A model generated the notes under the pieces. The model was not told the DNA's origin. It did not search any database and saw only the letters and a program-made list of their open reading frames with translations. Shown in pieces: positions 50,306 through 59,753 of a DNA stretch of 64,000 bases. Each line of letters starts with the position of its first letter. Position 1 is the first letter of the stretch. Location: the NCBI GenBank assembly GCA_963716395.1, contig OY970309.1, positions 1,728,001 to 1,792,000 on the forward strand. Direction: 5' to 3'. Source of the DNA: an uncultured Fibrobacteria bacterium. Its GTDB lineage: Bacteria; Fibrobacterota; Fibrobacteria; UBA11236. The position numbers and the translations under genes are program-made.

Positions 50306-50620
50306 ATGGTCGCACCCAATGGCGAATTCGAAGAGCGGAATCCGCAGTCGATCAACATCGAACTGCCCGAAGCCGTGGCCGAAGGCATTTATTCCAACCT
50401 TTTCCTGGTGGCGCATAGCGCGTCGGAATTCGTACTCGACTTCGCGCGCATTCTGCCCGGTCCGCCCAAGGGCAAGGTGCAGGCCCGCATCGTCATGACG
50501 CCGGCCCATGCCAAATCGCTGGTGGCCACCTTGCAGGAAAATCTTTCGCGCTATGAGCGCAATTTCGGACCGGTGCCGCCCTTTGGAGCACCGGGAACTC
50601 CGCCTGGCGAGGATTTTTGA
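50306..50620 (+). CDS. DUF3467 family protein
   Basis: AEGIYSN...HS.SEFVLDF, RIVMTPAHAK.L, YE..FG. Confidence 0.85.
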   Translation: MVAPNGEFEERNPQSINIELPEAVAEGIYSNLFLVAHSASEFVLDFARILPGPPKGKVQARIVMTPAHAKSLVATLQENLSRYERNFGPVPPFGAPGTPPGEDF

Positions 50621-50753
50621 TCGCTGCAGCGCGGCGGATCGAGCCTCTTCACACTGGCACCCGGAATCCGGCGATGACGCATCGGCCCTGCGCAATTGAA
50701 CCGGGTCTTTCCTTTTGCAAATCGAACTTTGATCTCGGCAAATTGAACTGTCA

Positions 50754-51353
50754 ATGAACCTGCTTTGTCTCGACATGGAAGGCGTATTGACGCCGGAGAT
50801 CTGGCATCATGTGCGCGATCGCTCCGGCATCGCCGAACTCGGACTCACCACCCGCGATGTCAAGGATTACCGCGAGCTCATGGATCGCCGCGTGGAGATT
50901 TGCGCGCAACGGGGCATGACGCTGGAGCGCATTCAGGCCCTGATCGCCGAATTGGATCCGCTGCCCGGGGCGCGGGAATTTCTCGACTGGGTGCGGGACC
51001 GCTATCCGGTCTTCATCCTCTCCGACACCTTTTACGAATTCGCCGCGCCGCTGTTGCGCAAATTGGGCCTTCCCACCTTGCTATGCCATCACATCGCCTA
51101 TGATGAAGTCTCGGGCCGCCTCCGCTACACCCTGCGCCAGGACGCGGCCAAACAAAAGGCGGTCGAAGCCCTGCGCGGCCTGAATTTTCGGGTGGCGGCG
51201 GTGGGCGACTCGTACAACGACCTAGCCATGCTGCGCGCCGCCGACCGGGGCGCCCTCTTTCGCGCGCCCGCGACCATCGTGCGCGAATTCCCCGAATACC
51301 CGAGTTTCAGCGATTACGCCGACCTGCGGGCGTTTCTGAGCCGGGAATTCTAG
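50754..51353 (+). CDS. thrH: Phosphoserine phosphatase/homoserine phosphotransferase
   Basis: CLDMEGVL.PEIW, TTRD, ILSDTFYEF, GDSYND..ML. Confidence 0.92.
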   Translation: MNLLCLDMEGVLTPEIWHHVRDRSGIAELGLTTRDVKDYRELMDRRVEICAQRGMTLERIQALIAELDPLPGAREFLDWVRDRYPVFILSDTFYEFAAPLLRKLGLPTLLCHHIAYDEVSGRLRYTLRQDAAKQKAVEALRGLNFRVAAVGDSYNDLAMLRAADRGALFRAPATIVREFPEYPSFSDYADLRAFLSREF

Positions 51354-51365
51354 CCCCCATCTCCG

Positions 51366-51560
51366 GCGACCGTGGACCGACGATCCACCCGTGATATTGG
51401 TCGATAATCCGGCCGCCCGGCGGGCAACGCGCAACACCGGGTTGAATTAACAGCTCGCGACAGGCTGGAGAACCGGATACGCCCGCTACGTCAGAGGCCG
51501 GTCCCTGAGGCTGGAAGCCCAGCAAACTGCAACGGTGAATATCAGGCGTCGGCCGCCTGC
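51366..51560. ncRNA. Candidate structured ncRNA of unknown family
   Basis: Ends pair (51372-82 with 51547-56; TGATATT with AATATCA), enclosing four small stems; lies in a convergent intergenic gap with no convincing ORF. Confidence 0.35.
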
Positions 51561-51561
51561 G

Positions 51562-52227
51562 TCACGAGCCGGTCCCTGCCGAAGGGCCGGCCGTACCCAT
51601 GCGACAGCGGAACCAGGCCGCGATGTCGCGCAGCTCTTCGGGCAACAAAGTGTGATCTTTGTCATAGGCCTTGAATTCCAGTTGCAATCCGAGTTCCTGC
51701 AATCGCTGGAATTGGCGCGCGGAGGGCTCGAACGGGACGACGGCATCGAAACGGCCATGCGTGGCCAGAAAATGCTGGGCGCGCGCCGCCGCGGAAAATT
51801 GTTCCGGGTATTCCTCTTCGAAGGCCACATAACCCGAGACCGCGCAGACCCCGCCCAAGCCGGCTTCGTAACGCAGACCGCAATCGATGGCCATGAGCGC
51901 GCCCTGGCTGAAGCCGAACAGATAGACGTCGGCGGGCGCCACGCCCTGGGCGGAAAGCTCTTCCAGCAATTGCCGCAGCAGCCCACGACTGCGCAGCACG
52001 CCGGGCTCGGGATCGCCGAGAAAATCGAACCAACTGTAACCGCCGTAATACGGGTCGGGGGCGTCGAGCAGCAGATACGCACAGGGGTCCAGGCCCAGGG
52101 TTTCGGGCAAAAAGGCAAACCCCTCCCCCGAATCGCCCAGGCCGTGCAGGACGATCATGGTTTTGGCGCCCGGTCCCGGGCGGCGGGCGGGCACGAAGCG
52201 GTGCCGGAACAGGCGGGTCGAAAGCAT
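51562..52227 (-). CDS. Phospholipase/carboxylesterase (alpha/beta hydrolase)
   Basis: LHGLGDS, GFSQG, HGRFD.VV, DH catalytic triad pattern. Confidence 0.9.
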   Translation of the reverse strand: MLSTRLFRHRFVPARRPGPGAKTMIVLHGLGDSGEGFAFLPETLGLDPCAYLLLDAPDPYYGGYSWFDFLGDPEPGVLRSRGLLRQLLEELSAQGVAPADVYLFGFSQGALMAIDCGLRYEAGLGGVCAVSGYVAFEEEYPEQFSAAARAQHFLATHGRFDAVVPFEPSARQFQRLQELGLQLEFKAYDKDHTLLPEELRDIAAWFRCRMGTAGPSAGTGS

Positions 52228-52258
52228 GGCCTGCAAAGGTAGGCTCTGCGAACGGATT

Positions 52259-53485
52259 TCAATCCGCGACCGGTGAGACTTTGGATGCGCGCCGCGCCAG
52301 CAGTTGCAAAAAAACGAATCCCACGGTGCCGGCGGTACATGAGGCGCACAACACGGTGAGTTTGGCTCCGTCCAAGGGTTCGGGGGCATCCAGCCCCAGA
52401 CCGGCGATGAAAATCGACATGGTGAAGCCGATGCCGCCCAGAATCCCGGCGCCGAACATCTGAATCCAGGAGACGCCCCGCGGCAAGGCCCCCAGTTTGA
52501 TGCGCGTGGCCAACCAGGAAAACAAGGTGATGCCTGCGGGCTTGCCGAGGCACAGGCCCACCCAGATGCCCCAGCCCAAGGGCTCGGTCAGCACGTGCAG
52601 GGTATCCAACGACAGGTTCACGCCGGCATTCACCAAAGCGAACAACGGCAAAATACCGAAGCTCACATAGGGGGTGAGCAACCGTTCCCACCGTTGCAGC
52701 AAAGGCTCGCCCCCGGTTTCGGAGCGGTGCGGAATGCAAAAGGCGAGCAGCACGCCGGCCAAAGCGGCATGCACGCCCGAGCGCAGCATGGCGGCCCATA
52801 ACAGCAGGCCGCCGACCACATAGGGGAGCGCGCGTTCGACCCGCAAGCGTTGCAGCAAGGACAAAATCACCACCAGCAGCAGGGCCGCCATCAAAGCCGG
52901 AACGTCGGGAGGTTGGGAATAAAAAAAGGCGATGACCAGAATGGCGCCGATGTCGTCGATGATGGCCAGCGCGACCAGAAACACCTTGAGGCCGGTGGGA
53001 ATGCGTTTTCCCAGCAGGGAGAGAATGCCGACCGCGAAGGCGATGTCGGTGGCCATGGGAATGCCCCATCCCGCGGCGCCGGGCGCGCCATGGGTGAGTC
53101 CGATAAAAATGCAGGCCGGCAGCAGCATGCCGCCCAAGGCTCCGGCGATGGGGAGCGCGGCTTGCCGGAACGAGGCCAGTTCGCCTCCCAAAAGTTCGCG
53201 CTTGATTTCAAGGCCTGCAAGCAAAAAGAACACGGTCATCAAGCCGTCGTTCACCGCCCCCTCCACCGTGGGTAACGGAAGGCCGGGCAACCAGGCGCCG
53301 CCGAGGTGGAAGGCTTTGCCCGCCTCGTAAAAATCGGACCAGGGGGAATTGGCCCAGAGCAGAGCCCCGGCGGTGGCTGCAAGCAGAAGGATGCCGGAAG
53401 CGCTTTCGAACTGGGCGAACCGCTGAAAGGGTCCGCGCACCAGGGCGGAGAATTTGAATTCGAGGGCGGATTTGGAAGGCTTCAC
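52259..53485 (-). CDS. nhaA: Na+/H+ antiporter NhaA
   Basis: NDGLM..FF, GLEIKRE, MATDIAF, LAIIDD, GIGFTMSIF. Confidence 0.96.
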   Translation of the reverse strand: MKPSKSALEFKFSALVRGPFQRFAQFESASGILLLAATAGALLWANSPWSDFYEAGKAFHLGGAWLPGLPLPTVEGAVNDGLMTVFFLLAGLEIKRELLGGELASFRQAALPIAGALGGMLLPACIFIGLTHGAPGAAGWGIPMATDIAFAVGILSLLGKRIPTGLKVFLVALAIIDDIGAILVIAFFYSQPPDVPALMAALLLVVILSLLQRLRVERALPYVVGGLLLWAAMLRSGVHAALAGVLLAFCIPHRSETGGEPLLQRWERLLTPYVSFGILPLFALVNAGVNLSLDTLHVLTEPLGWGIWVGLCLGKPAGITLFSWLATRIKLGALPRGVSWIQMFGAGILGGIGFTMSIFIAGLGLDAPEPLDGAKLTVLCASCTAGTVGFVFLQLLARRASKVSPVAD

Positions 53486-53522
53486 CTGCGGGATTATAAC
53501 AACCCGAAGAAGTGTGTCCGGA

Positions 53523-54434
53523 TTACATCGCCTGCAGACGGGCGATGCGTTTTTCCAGCGGAGGGTGGGTGGCCATAAGCGAAAGCAGACCGCCCTGCCG
53601 GCCCGAGATTTTCAATGTGGCCATCGAGGCGCTGCCGGTTTGCGATGCGGGTACGCGTCCGTATACGCGCTGCAATTCCTGCAGGGCCGAAATCATTTTG
53701 TCCCGGCCCGCCACTTCGGCGCCGCCGTGATCGGCGCGGAACTCGCGCCAGCGCGAGAAGGCCGCCACTACCATGAATCCGAACAGGCCGAACACGATTT
53801 CCAGCACGCTGATGAGGAGGTAGTTCGCCCAGAATCCGCCGAAGATCGAGGGGCGTTCATCGTCGCTGCGGCCCCGCATCGCCGAGTTGAGGGCCAGCGC
53901 CACCACCCGCGCGAAGAACATGACGAAGGCGTTGATCACGCCCTGGATCAAAGTCATCGTGACCATGTCGCCATTGGCGACGTGGGTCAGCTCGTGGCCG
54001 AGCACGCCTTCGAGTTGATCGCGATCCATGCGCGACAACAGGCCGGTGGAGACGGCCACCAAGGCGCTGCGGCGCGAAGGACCGGTGGCGAAGGCATTCA
54101 CTTCGGGGCTGTCGTACACCCCGACCTCGGGCATGGCGGGCAGCTTGGCCTTCTGCGCCAGGTCATGCACCAGCGCCACCAGATCGCGGAACTCGCCGGG
54201 TTGCCGCGTATCGATGATCCTTACCCCCATCATCCATTTGGCCATCAATTTGGAGAGACCCAGGGAAATGAAGGCGCCGCCCATCCCCCACACCAGACAG
54301 AACACGAACATGGAGCCATAGTTGATTCCGTTGGTGGTGAGATAGCGGTCGAGGCCGAGAATGCGCAGCACCAGGCTGATGGTGACGATCACTAGGATGT
54401 TGGTGAGAAAGAAAAGCGCAACGCGTTTGAACAT
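53523..54434 (-). CDS. htpX: Membrane zinc protease HtpX
   Basis: NAFATG, HELTH, NGDMVT, SRWREF.AD, THPPLE.RI. Confidence 0.96.
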   Translation of the reverse strand: MFKRVALFFLTNILVIVTISLVLRILGLDRYLTTNGINYGSMFVFCLVWGMGGAFISLGLSKLMAKWMMGVRIIDTRQPGEFRDLVALVHDLAQKAKLPAMPEVGVYDSPEVNAFATGPSRRSALVAVSTGLLSRMDRDQLEGVLGHELTHVANGDMVTMTLIQGVINAFVMFFARVVALALNSAMRGRSDDERPSIFGGFWANYLLISVLEIVFGLFGFMVVAAFSRWREFRADHGGAEVAGRDKMISALQELQRVYGRVPASQTGSASMATLKISGRQGGLLSLMATHPPLEKRIARLQAM

Positions 54435-54715
54435 GGCCGTGGCTCCGTTTTTGGTCTAGCAGGAAGGTATTATTTTCGCCCTTGGCCGCCCCACCGGCGC
54501 GGCTCGCGGGCCGGCCCCGCGACGTGGCGATTCGATTTCAAAAAAGCGTGACAATTCCGTGCACTTTAGAAAAACCGGACGGAAGGCCATGGCAATCTGG
54601 AACAGCGGCAGGGATCCGGGAGCCCGGGCGGGTCGTCTCGCACGCAGGGTCTTCGATCGCCTCGGGAACCAAACCCGGGCCTCGTCGGTATTGTCAGAAT
54701 GATTCTGCGGCGTGA

Positions 54716-56893
54716 TTAAACCGCGATTTCTCCCATAGCCGCCGGCGTTTCCGCGGCCGGTTCGTCGGGGACTTCGGATTCAGCCGTCTCCTGGCGGGGT
54801 GGAAAAATCGAAGGCGGCTGCAGCAAACCGTCCTGGCCTTCGGCTTTGCGCACCAGCCATTCCTGCACGTTGAAGGCTTTTTCCTCCGGCGCGGATTCGA
54901 GCTGCGCATAGCCGCCGTCGGCGCGCATGGTGTAAACGCAGGCGCGGTCGTTCCAATAGGCCGAAAGAATTTCTTCAAGTCGGGCGCAATTTCCGGGCGC
55001 GCGAATGGGAACCATAACCTCGACGCGCTCGCGCAGGTTGCGCTGCATCCAATCACTGCTGCCGATCAGCATCTCGGGAGTTCCGGCGTTTTCGAAGTGA
55101 TAGATGCGGCTGTGTTCCAGAAAGCGGCCCACCAGGCTTTTCACTTCGATGTGGTCCGACATGCCCTTCACGCCCGGCCGCAAGGCGCAGATACCGCGCA
55201 CCAGCAGGCGAACGGGTACCCCCGCCTGCGAGGCGGAGTATAGCGCTTCAATCAATTCGGCGTCGAGAATGGCGTTGCATTTCACGGTGATCCCGCTGGG
55301 CCGACCCACGCGCGCATGTTCGCGCTCGCGCTCGATGCGGGCCAGTATTCCGGCCAGCAGATTTACCGGACCCACCAGCAGGTTGTGAAAATCGGAACGC
55401 CGTGATTGCGCGCTGAGGAAGTTGAAGACGTCGGAAACGCCTTCGATTAAGACCGGATCGGCGCTGAGCAAACTGAGATCGGTGTAGACCCGGGCGGTGT
55501 CGGGGTTGTAATTGCCCGTGCCCACGTGCGCATAACGGCGGATGCTGCCGTTCTCGCGGCGCAGCACCAACACCAGCTTGCAATGGGTTTTGAGCCCCAC
55601 CAAGCCGTAGAGCACGGTGCCGCCGCGTTCTTCCAGTTGCCGCGCCCATTGGATATTCGAGGCTTCGTCGAAGCGCGCCTTGAGCTCGACTACCACGACC
55701 ACCTCTTTGCCGGCCTCGGCCGCCTCCATCAAGGCGTAGACGATGGGGCTTTCGCGGCTGGTGCGGTACAGGGTCTGTTTGATGGCGAGCACGTCGGGAT
55801 CGCGCGCCGCGGCCTGAATGAAGCGCACCACCGGATCAAAAGATTCGAAGGGGTGGTGCAGCATCACGTCGCCGGCGCGCAAGGTGCCGAAGATTTCCGC
55901 CGGCTCCTGAAAGCGGGGAAGATGCCAGGGCGTGAAAACCGGAAATTTCAAATCGGGCCGCGGCACCATGCCGGGCAAACCGTACACCCGGCTGAGGTTG
56001 ACGGGATGGCCGACGCGGAACACGAGCGACATGCCGATGTCGAAGTTTTTCACCAGCAGTTCGGTCAGGCGCTTGGGCGCGTCGCGATCGATTTCGAGGC
56101 GCACGACGTTGCCGCGGCGGCGATTGTGCACCTCCGCCTCCACCGTGTCGATGAGCAGCGACCCCTCTTCTTCCTCCAAATAAAGGTTGCTGTTGCGGGT
56201 GACGCGAAAACCCGCGTGGGCTAGGATGTCAAAGCCCAGAAACAGGCTGTCGAGATAATGCCGCACGACGTCTTGAATGAAGATGAAACCATAGGCGCGA
56301 TCGCGGGTGGGCAGGGGCACCAGACGCGGCAGACTGCGGGGAATGGCCACCACGCCCACCCGCTCCTGGCGTTTGCGCTCGCCGCGCAAAAGCACCGCCA
56401 GATACAAAGCCTTGTTGGTCACGAAGGGAAAGGGGTGGGCCGGATCGACTTGAATCGGCGTCAGCAGGGGATAGACTTCGCGCCGGAAAAAGCCGTCGAC
56501 GAAGTGGCGTTCGCCTTCGTCGAGATCGGCCATGCCCTTGATGCGAATTTTCTGGGCGCGCATTTGCGGCAGCAGATCTTCTTCCCAGCAGCGGTATTGC
56601 GAGCGCACCAGGCGCTGGCATTGGCGCAGAATGCGGTCGAGTTTTTCGCGCGGCGCCAGCCCGGCGATGCCGTCGCTGGCCGCGCCCGATTCGGCTTTCT
56701 GCAGCAGCAGCGACACGCGAATCTCGAAGAATTCGTCGAGATTGCTGCTGACGATGGCGAGAAAGTGAATGCGCTCCAGCAAAGGGTGGCCGGGGTTCAA
56801 GGCCTGATCCAGAACGCGTTGATTGAACGATAGCCAACTGAGTTCGCGATCGAGGTACGGTTCGCGGCTTTGGGGTTCAAGGGGGGGGGTCAT
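54716..56893 (-). CDS. ppk1: Polyphosphate kinase 1
   Basis: RELSWLSFN.RV, NLDEFFE.RV, HPFP, HHPFESF, ELKARFDE, GTGNYN, GRFLEHSR. Confidence 0.97.
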   Translation of the reverse strand: MTPPLEPQSREPYLDRELSWLSFNQRVLDQALNPGHPLLERIHFLAIVSSNLDEFFEIRVSLLLQKAESGAASDGIAGLAPREKLDRILRQCQRLVRSQYRCWEEDLLPQMRAQKIRIKGMADLDEGERHFVDGFFRREVYPLLTPIQVDPAHPFPFVTNKALYLAVLLRGERKRQERVGVVAIPRSLPRLVPLPTRDRAYGFIFIQDVVRHYLDSLFLGFDILAHAGFRVTRNSNLYLEEEEGSLLIDTVEAEVHNRRRGNVVRLEIDRDAPKRLTELLVKNFDIGMSLVFRVGHPVNLSRVYGLPGMVPRPDLKFPVFTPWHLPRFQEPAEIFGTLRAGDVMLHHPFESFDPVVRFIQAAARDPDVLAIKQTLYRTSRESPIVYALMEAAEAGKEVVVVVELKARFDEASNIQWARQLEERGGTVLYGLVGLKTHCKLVLVLRRENGSIRRYAHVGTGNYNPDTARVYTDLSLLSADPVLIEGVSDVFNFLSAQSRRSDFHNLLVGPVNLLAGILARIEREREHARVGRPSGITVKCNAILDAELIEALYSASQAGVPVRLLVRGICALRPGVKGMSDHIEVKSLVGRFLEHSRIYHFENAGTPEMLIGSSDWMQRNLRERVEVMVPIRAPGNCARLEEILSAYWNDRACVYTMRADGGYAQLESAPEEKAFNVQEWLVRKAEGQDGLLQPPSIFPPRQETAESEVPDEPAAETPAAMGEIAV

Positions 56894-57840
56894 GCTGCGC
56901 CTGCCGGGGAGGGAAGAGGGATATGCAAATGCCCGTTGCGGCTCCAGAAAAAGGCGACGCCGTCGCGCAATCCCGCCTCGCTGGCGGAAATGCGGGTGAT
57001 GCCGAAATGCCGCATGGAGGCCAGGAGGCAGGCCACGGCCGGCATGATGATGCGCGCCCGTTCGGGCGAAAGTTCGAATACGTCCGGCAGCGCCTGGTGC
57101 GAACGGCCGACGGCCATTTCCATCACGTCTTCCAGGCTACCGCGTGTGATCTCGGGAACGGATTTGGTGAATTCGAGGCTGTGCAGGCCGTCGACCATGT
57201 GCCGCACCGCGCGGATGTTTCCCGAACTGCCCACCACCCGGTCGGCGCGCGGCCCACCCGCCGATTTGCGGAATTGGGCGAGGGCTTCCTCCTGCATGCG
57301 TTCGAACGTCTCGCGGCTGAAGGGCTTGCCGTTGACGAACTTCTGCGCCAGGCGGATGGCCCCGAGTTCGTAACTTCGGCCCTCGATGTATTCGAGGCCG
57401 CGGCTCCACGACATTTCGAAACTGCCGCCGCCCAGATCCAGGGATTGCAACACCTCTTGCGGCCCGGCTTTGGCATCTTGCGCCACGCCCATGTGAACGA
57501 GAAAGGATTCTTCGGCCCCGGTAAGCACGCGCACCGGCAACCCGGATTTTTCTTCCAGCCGCTTCAGCGCCGCCTCGCGGTTCTTGGCCGCGCGCATGGC
57601 GGCGGTGGCCACCACGAAGGTGAAGTGCACCTTCTCTCCGTTCCAGGCGTCGTTGAGGCCGCGGAGAAACGCAGCGACGCGATCCAAGGCCGCATCCGGC
57701 AGCGTGCCCTGCTGAAAGGCGTAATCGCCTAAGGCAAGGCGCAGCTTGTCTCGCCCCAACAAGCGTTGGGCACGCTCTTCCACTTCGAACCAAGCCGCCT
57801 TGACGGCGTTACTGCCGATGTCGACCACCCGAATCACCAT
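56890..57840 (-). CDS. ppx: Ppx/GppA family exopolyphosphatase (short form)
   Basis: DIGSN, ATAAMR.A.N, G.EE, DLGGGS.E, GLRDG; SD GAGGAG before ATG 57840. Confidence 0.88.
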   Translation of the reverse strand: MVIRVVDIGSNAVKAAWFEVEERAQRLLGRDKLRLALGDYAFQQGTLPDAALDRVAAFLRGLNDAWNGEKVHFTFVVATAAMRAAKNREAALKRLEEKSGLPVRVLTGAEESFLVHMGVAQDAKAGPQEVLQSLDLGGGSFEMSWSRGLEYIEGRSYELGAIRLAQKFVNGKPFSRETFERMQEEALAQFRKSAGGPRADRVVGSSGNIRAVRHMVDGLHSLEFTKSVPEITRGSLEDVMEMAVGRSHQALPDVFELSPERARIIMPAVACLLASMRHFGITRISASEAGLRDGVAFFWSRNGHLHIPLPSPAGAA

Positions 57841-57871
57841 GCTTCTATGCTCCTCGCCTACCGGGGGCGGT

Positions 57872-58375
57872 TCATTTTCGCCACGCATCTACCCAGGCGG
57901 GCGACGCCAAGCCCACCAGCTTTCCGGCGCCGGCGCGGAAGGTCGTCAATTCCACGCACGCCATGGCTCCCTTGCGAAAGGCGATGCCCGGTAGAGGGGA
58001 CCCGCAAAGCAGTAAACCTAAAAACTCTCCCAACTGGGGTTCGTGGCCCACCAGGCACAGCGAGGGGATGGCTTTGGCGGATCGCAACTGCCGCAACAAG
58101 AGCGCCGGCTGGGCGTCGTAGCGCAGGGCCGAAACCAGGCACACGCTGCCGAGTTGCAGGCGCCACGCCTTGGCCAACACGGCCGCACTTTCCCGTGCGC
58201 GCTGCACGGGGCTGTGCCAAATCACGCGCGGGGCCGCGTCGAGGCGGGCCACGGCTTTGGCCATGCGTTTCAATTGGCGCCGGCCCTTGTCGGTGAGGGG
58301 GCGCGCGTCGTCATGGGGATATTTTTTGGGATCGCGGCGTTCGGCTTCACCATGGCGGATTAAAAAAAGCAGCAT
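57872..58375 (-). CDS. sixA: Phosphohistidine phosphatase SixA
   Basis: IRHGEA, RPLT.KG, SP..RA, LVGHEP. Confidence 0.9.
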   Translation of the reverse strand: MLLFLIRHGEAERRDPKKYPHDDARPLTDKGRRQLKRMAKAVARLDAAPRVIWHSPVQRARESAAVLAKAWRLQLGSVCLVSALRYDAQPALLLRQLRSAKAIPSLCLVGHEPQLGEFLGLLLCGSPLPGIAFRKGAMACVELTTFRAGAGKLVGLASPAWVDAWRK

Positions 58376-58764
58376 GATTTAATCTGAGGTCTCACTGTCT
58401 AAAGTTCGCAATCGCACGCTTGTTACCGGATTGCGATTCGATTTCCGGACCATTGTGATATGATGTCCCGGAATATGTATCTTTTCTTTATCTTGACATT
58501 GTCTAGAGATCACAGAAAAACATGAAAAAGACGCCGGCCGAATCGCGATCGGGACAAAGCGTATCGGTTTGTAACGGCCGCGAAGCAGCGTCGTTCCGGC
58601 GGTCAAGTTTTCGATTTCGTCACGGAACATGATTTTTGTATGCTACTTCTTGTCGTTGAAACATGTAATTTAAGCGGCAAACGGCGGAGAGCGAATCTCC
58701 GCCTCGGGGGAAAAGGGAAGTACCGGAACGTGGCCGGGGACGAAAGGCCGAAGCAAAGGAAAGT

Positions 58765-59646
58765 ATGAAGAAGAAGAGTAAAACCCATTCACAGCAAAAA
58801 TCCGCCGTGCTTTCCCGTTGGGACGCCCAGTGGAAAGAACAATACGACGTGTTGTCGAAATTCCGGGCGCGCCATGGGCATTGGCCCAAGGTGACCGACG
58901 AGTTTCCGTCGGGCAACCGTCTCGGACAATGGGCCAACCGGCAACGCGACTTGCATGCGCAAGGTCGCTTGCTGACCGAGCGCGAACGCGCCCTGGGCAA
59001 GCTGGGATTTTCCTGGGATAAAACCGACGAGCGCGCTTCGCATTGGAACCAACAGTTCGAATATCTGCTGGCCTTTCGCAAGCGCCATCCGCAGGTGTGG
59101 CCCTATGCCCGCCAGGATTTTCCCAAAGGCAACCGTTTGGGATTGTGGGTGTGGCGGCAGCGCCAGGCCTTTGCGGCGGACCGTCTGCCCAAGCCGCGGC
59201 AGAAAATGCTGGAGAAAATCCGCTTTCCCTTTGAACTGCCCGACAGTTGGGAAGAGCATTTCGCGACGCTCAAGCAATACCGTCAGAAGTTTCCCGAACA
59301 ATGGCCCAAGGCGCGCGAAGAATATCCCAAAGGCAACCGTCTTGGCCTGTGGTGCCATTTGCAACGTTGCGCCTTTAAAACCGGAGCGCTGCTTCCGGAC
59401 CGGGTCTCTAAGCTCGCCAAGATGGGTTTTCAGTGGAGCGTCAAGCAGGTGAGTTGGATGCGCTTCTACGATCAACTCAAGGCGTACAAGCGGAAAAATT
59501 CCAAGCTCTGGCCCGTGCTTGAAGCCTCGGCCCTCGACGATCGGCGCCTCATCGCTTGGTGCAGCACTCAGCGCCACAAACGCAAGATCGGAAAACTGGA
59601 CAAGGACAAGATCGCGCTGCTCGACAAAATCGATTTTAGGTGGTGA
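58765..59646 (+). CDS. Stand-alone protein of four helicase-associated (HA) repeats
   Basis: Four ~68-aa repeats W...(Y/F)..L..(F/Y)....WP....L(G/I).W...QR.......L...R...L...(G/D)F.W; no helicase motifs. Confidence 0.85.
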   Translation: MKKKSKTHSQQKSAVLSRWDAQWKEQYDVLSKFRARHGHWPKVTDEFPSGNRLGQWANRQRDLHAQGRLLTERERALGKLGFSWDKTDERASHWNQQFEYLLAFRKRHPQVWPYARQDFPKGNRLGLWVWRQRQAFAADRLPKPRQKMLEKIRFPFELPDSWEEHFATLKQYRQKFPEQWPKAREEYPKGNRLGLWCHLQRCAFKTGALLPDRVSKLAKMGFQWSVKQVSWMRFYDQLKAYKRKNSKLWPVLEASALDDRRLIAWCSTQRHKRKIGKLDKDKIALLDKIDFRW

Positions 59647-59753
59647 GCCCGGGAGTGCGCCCCGTATCGGTTGCGAAACCGCGGGGCGCCGAGATTCGGG
59701 CTTGGCATTTTCCGCCGCTTTGGGTGTTTGTTTATTAAGGTCCGGAGGCGGTT

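Noticed and set aside
51440-51540. Twister ribozyme, 6S RNA or cobalamin riboswitch assignment
   Set aside because: Only fragments match (GCCGGTCCC, GCAACGGT); the other required conserved elements are absent, so it is left unassigned.
54589-54702. 37-aa ORF MAIWNSGRDP... between htpX and ppk1
   Set aside because: Weak SD, no recognisable features; insufficient support.
58376-58764. Replication origin in the AT-rich intergenic region
   Set aside because: No clustered TTATCCACA boxes; more simply a divergent promoter region.
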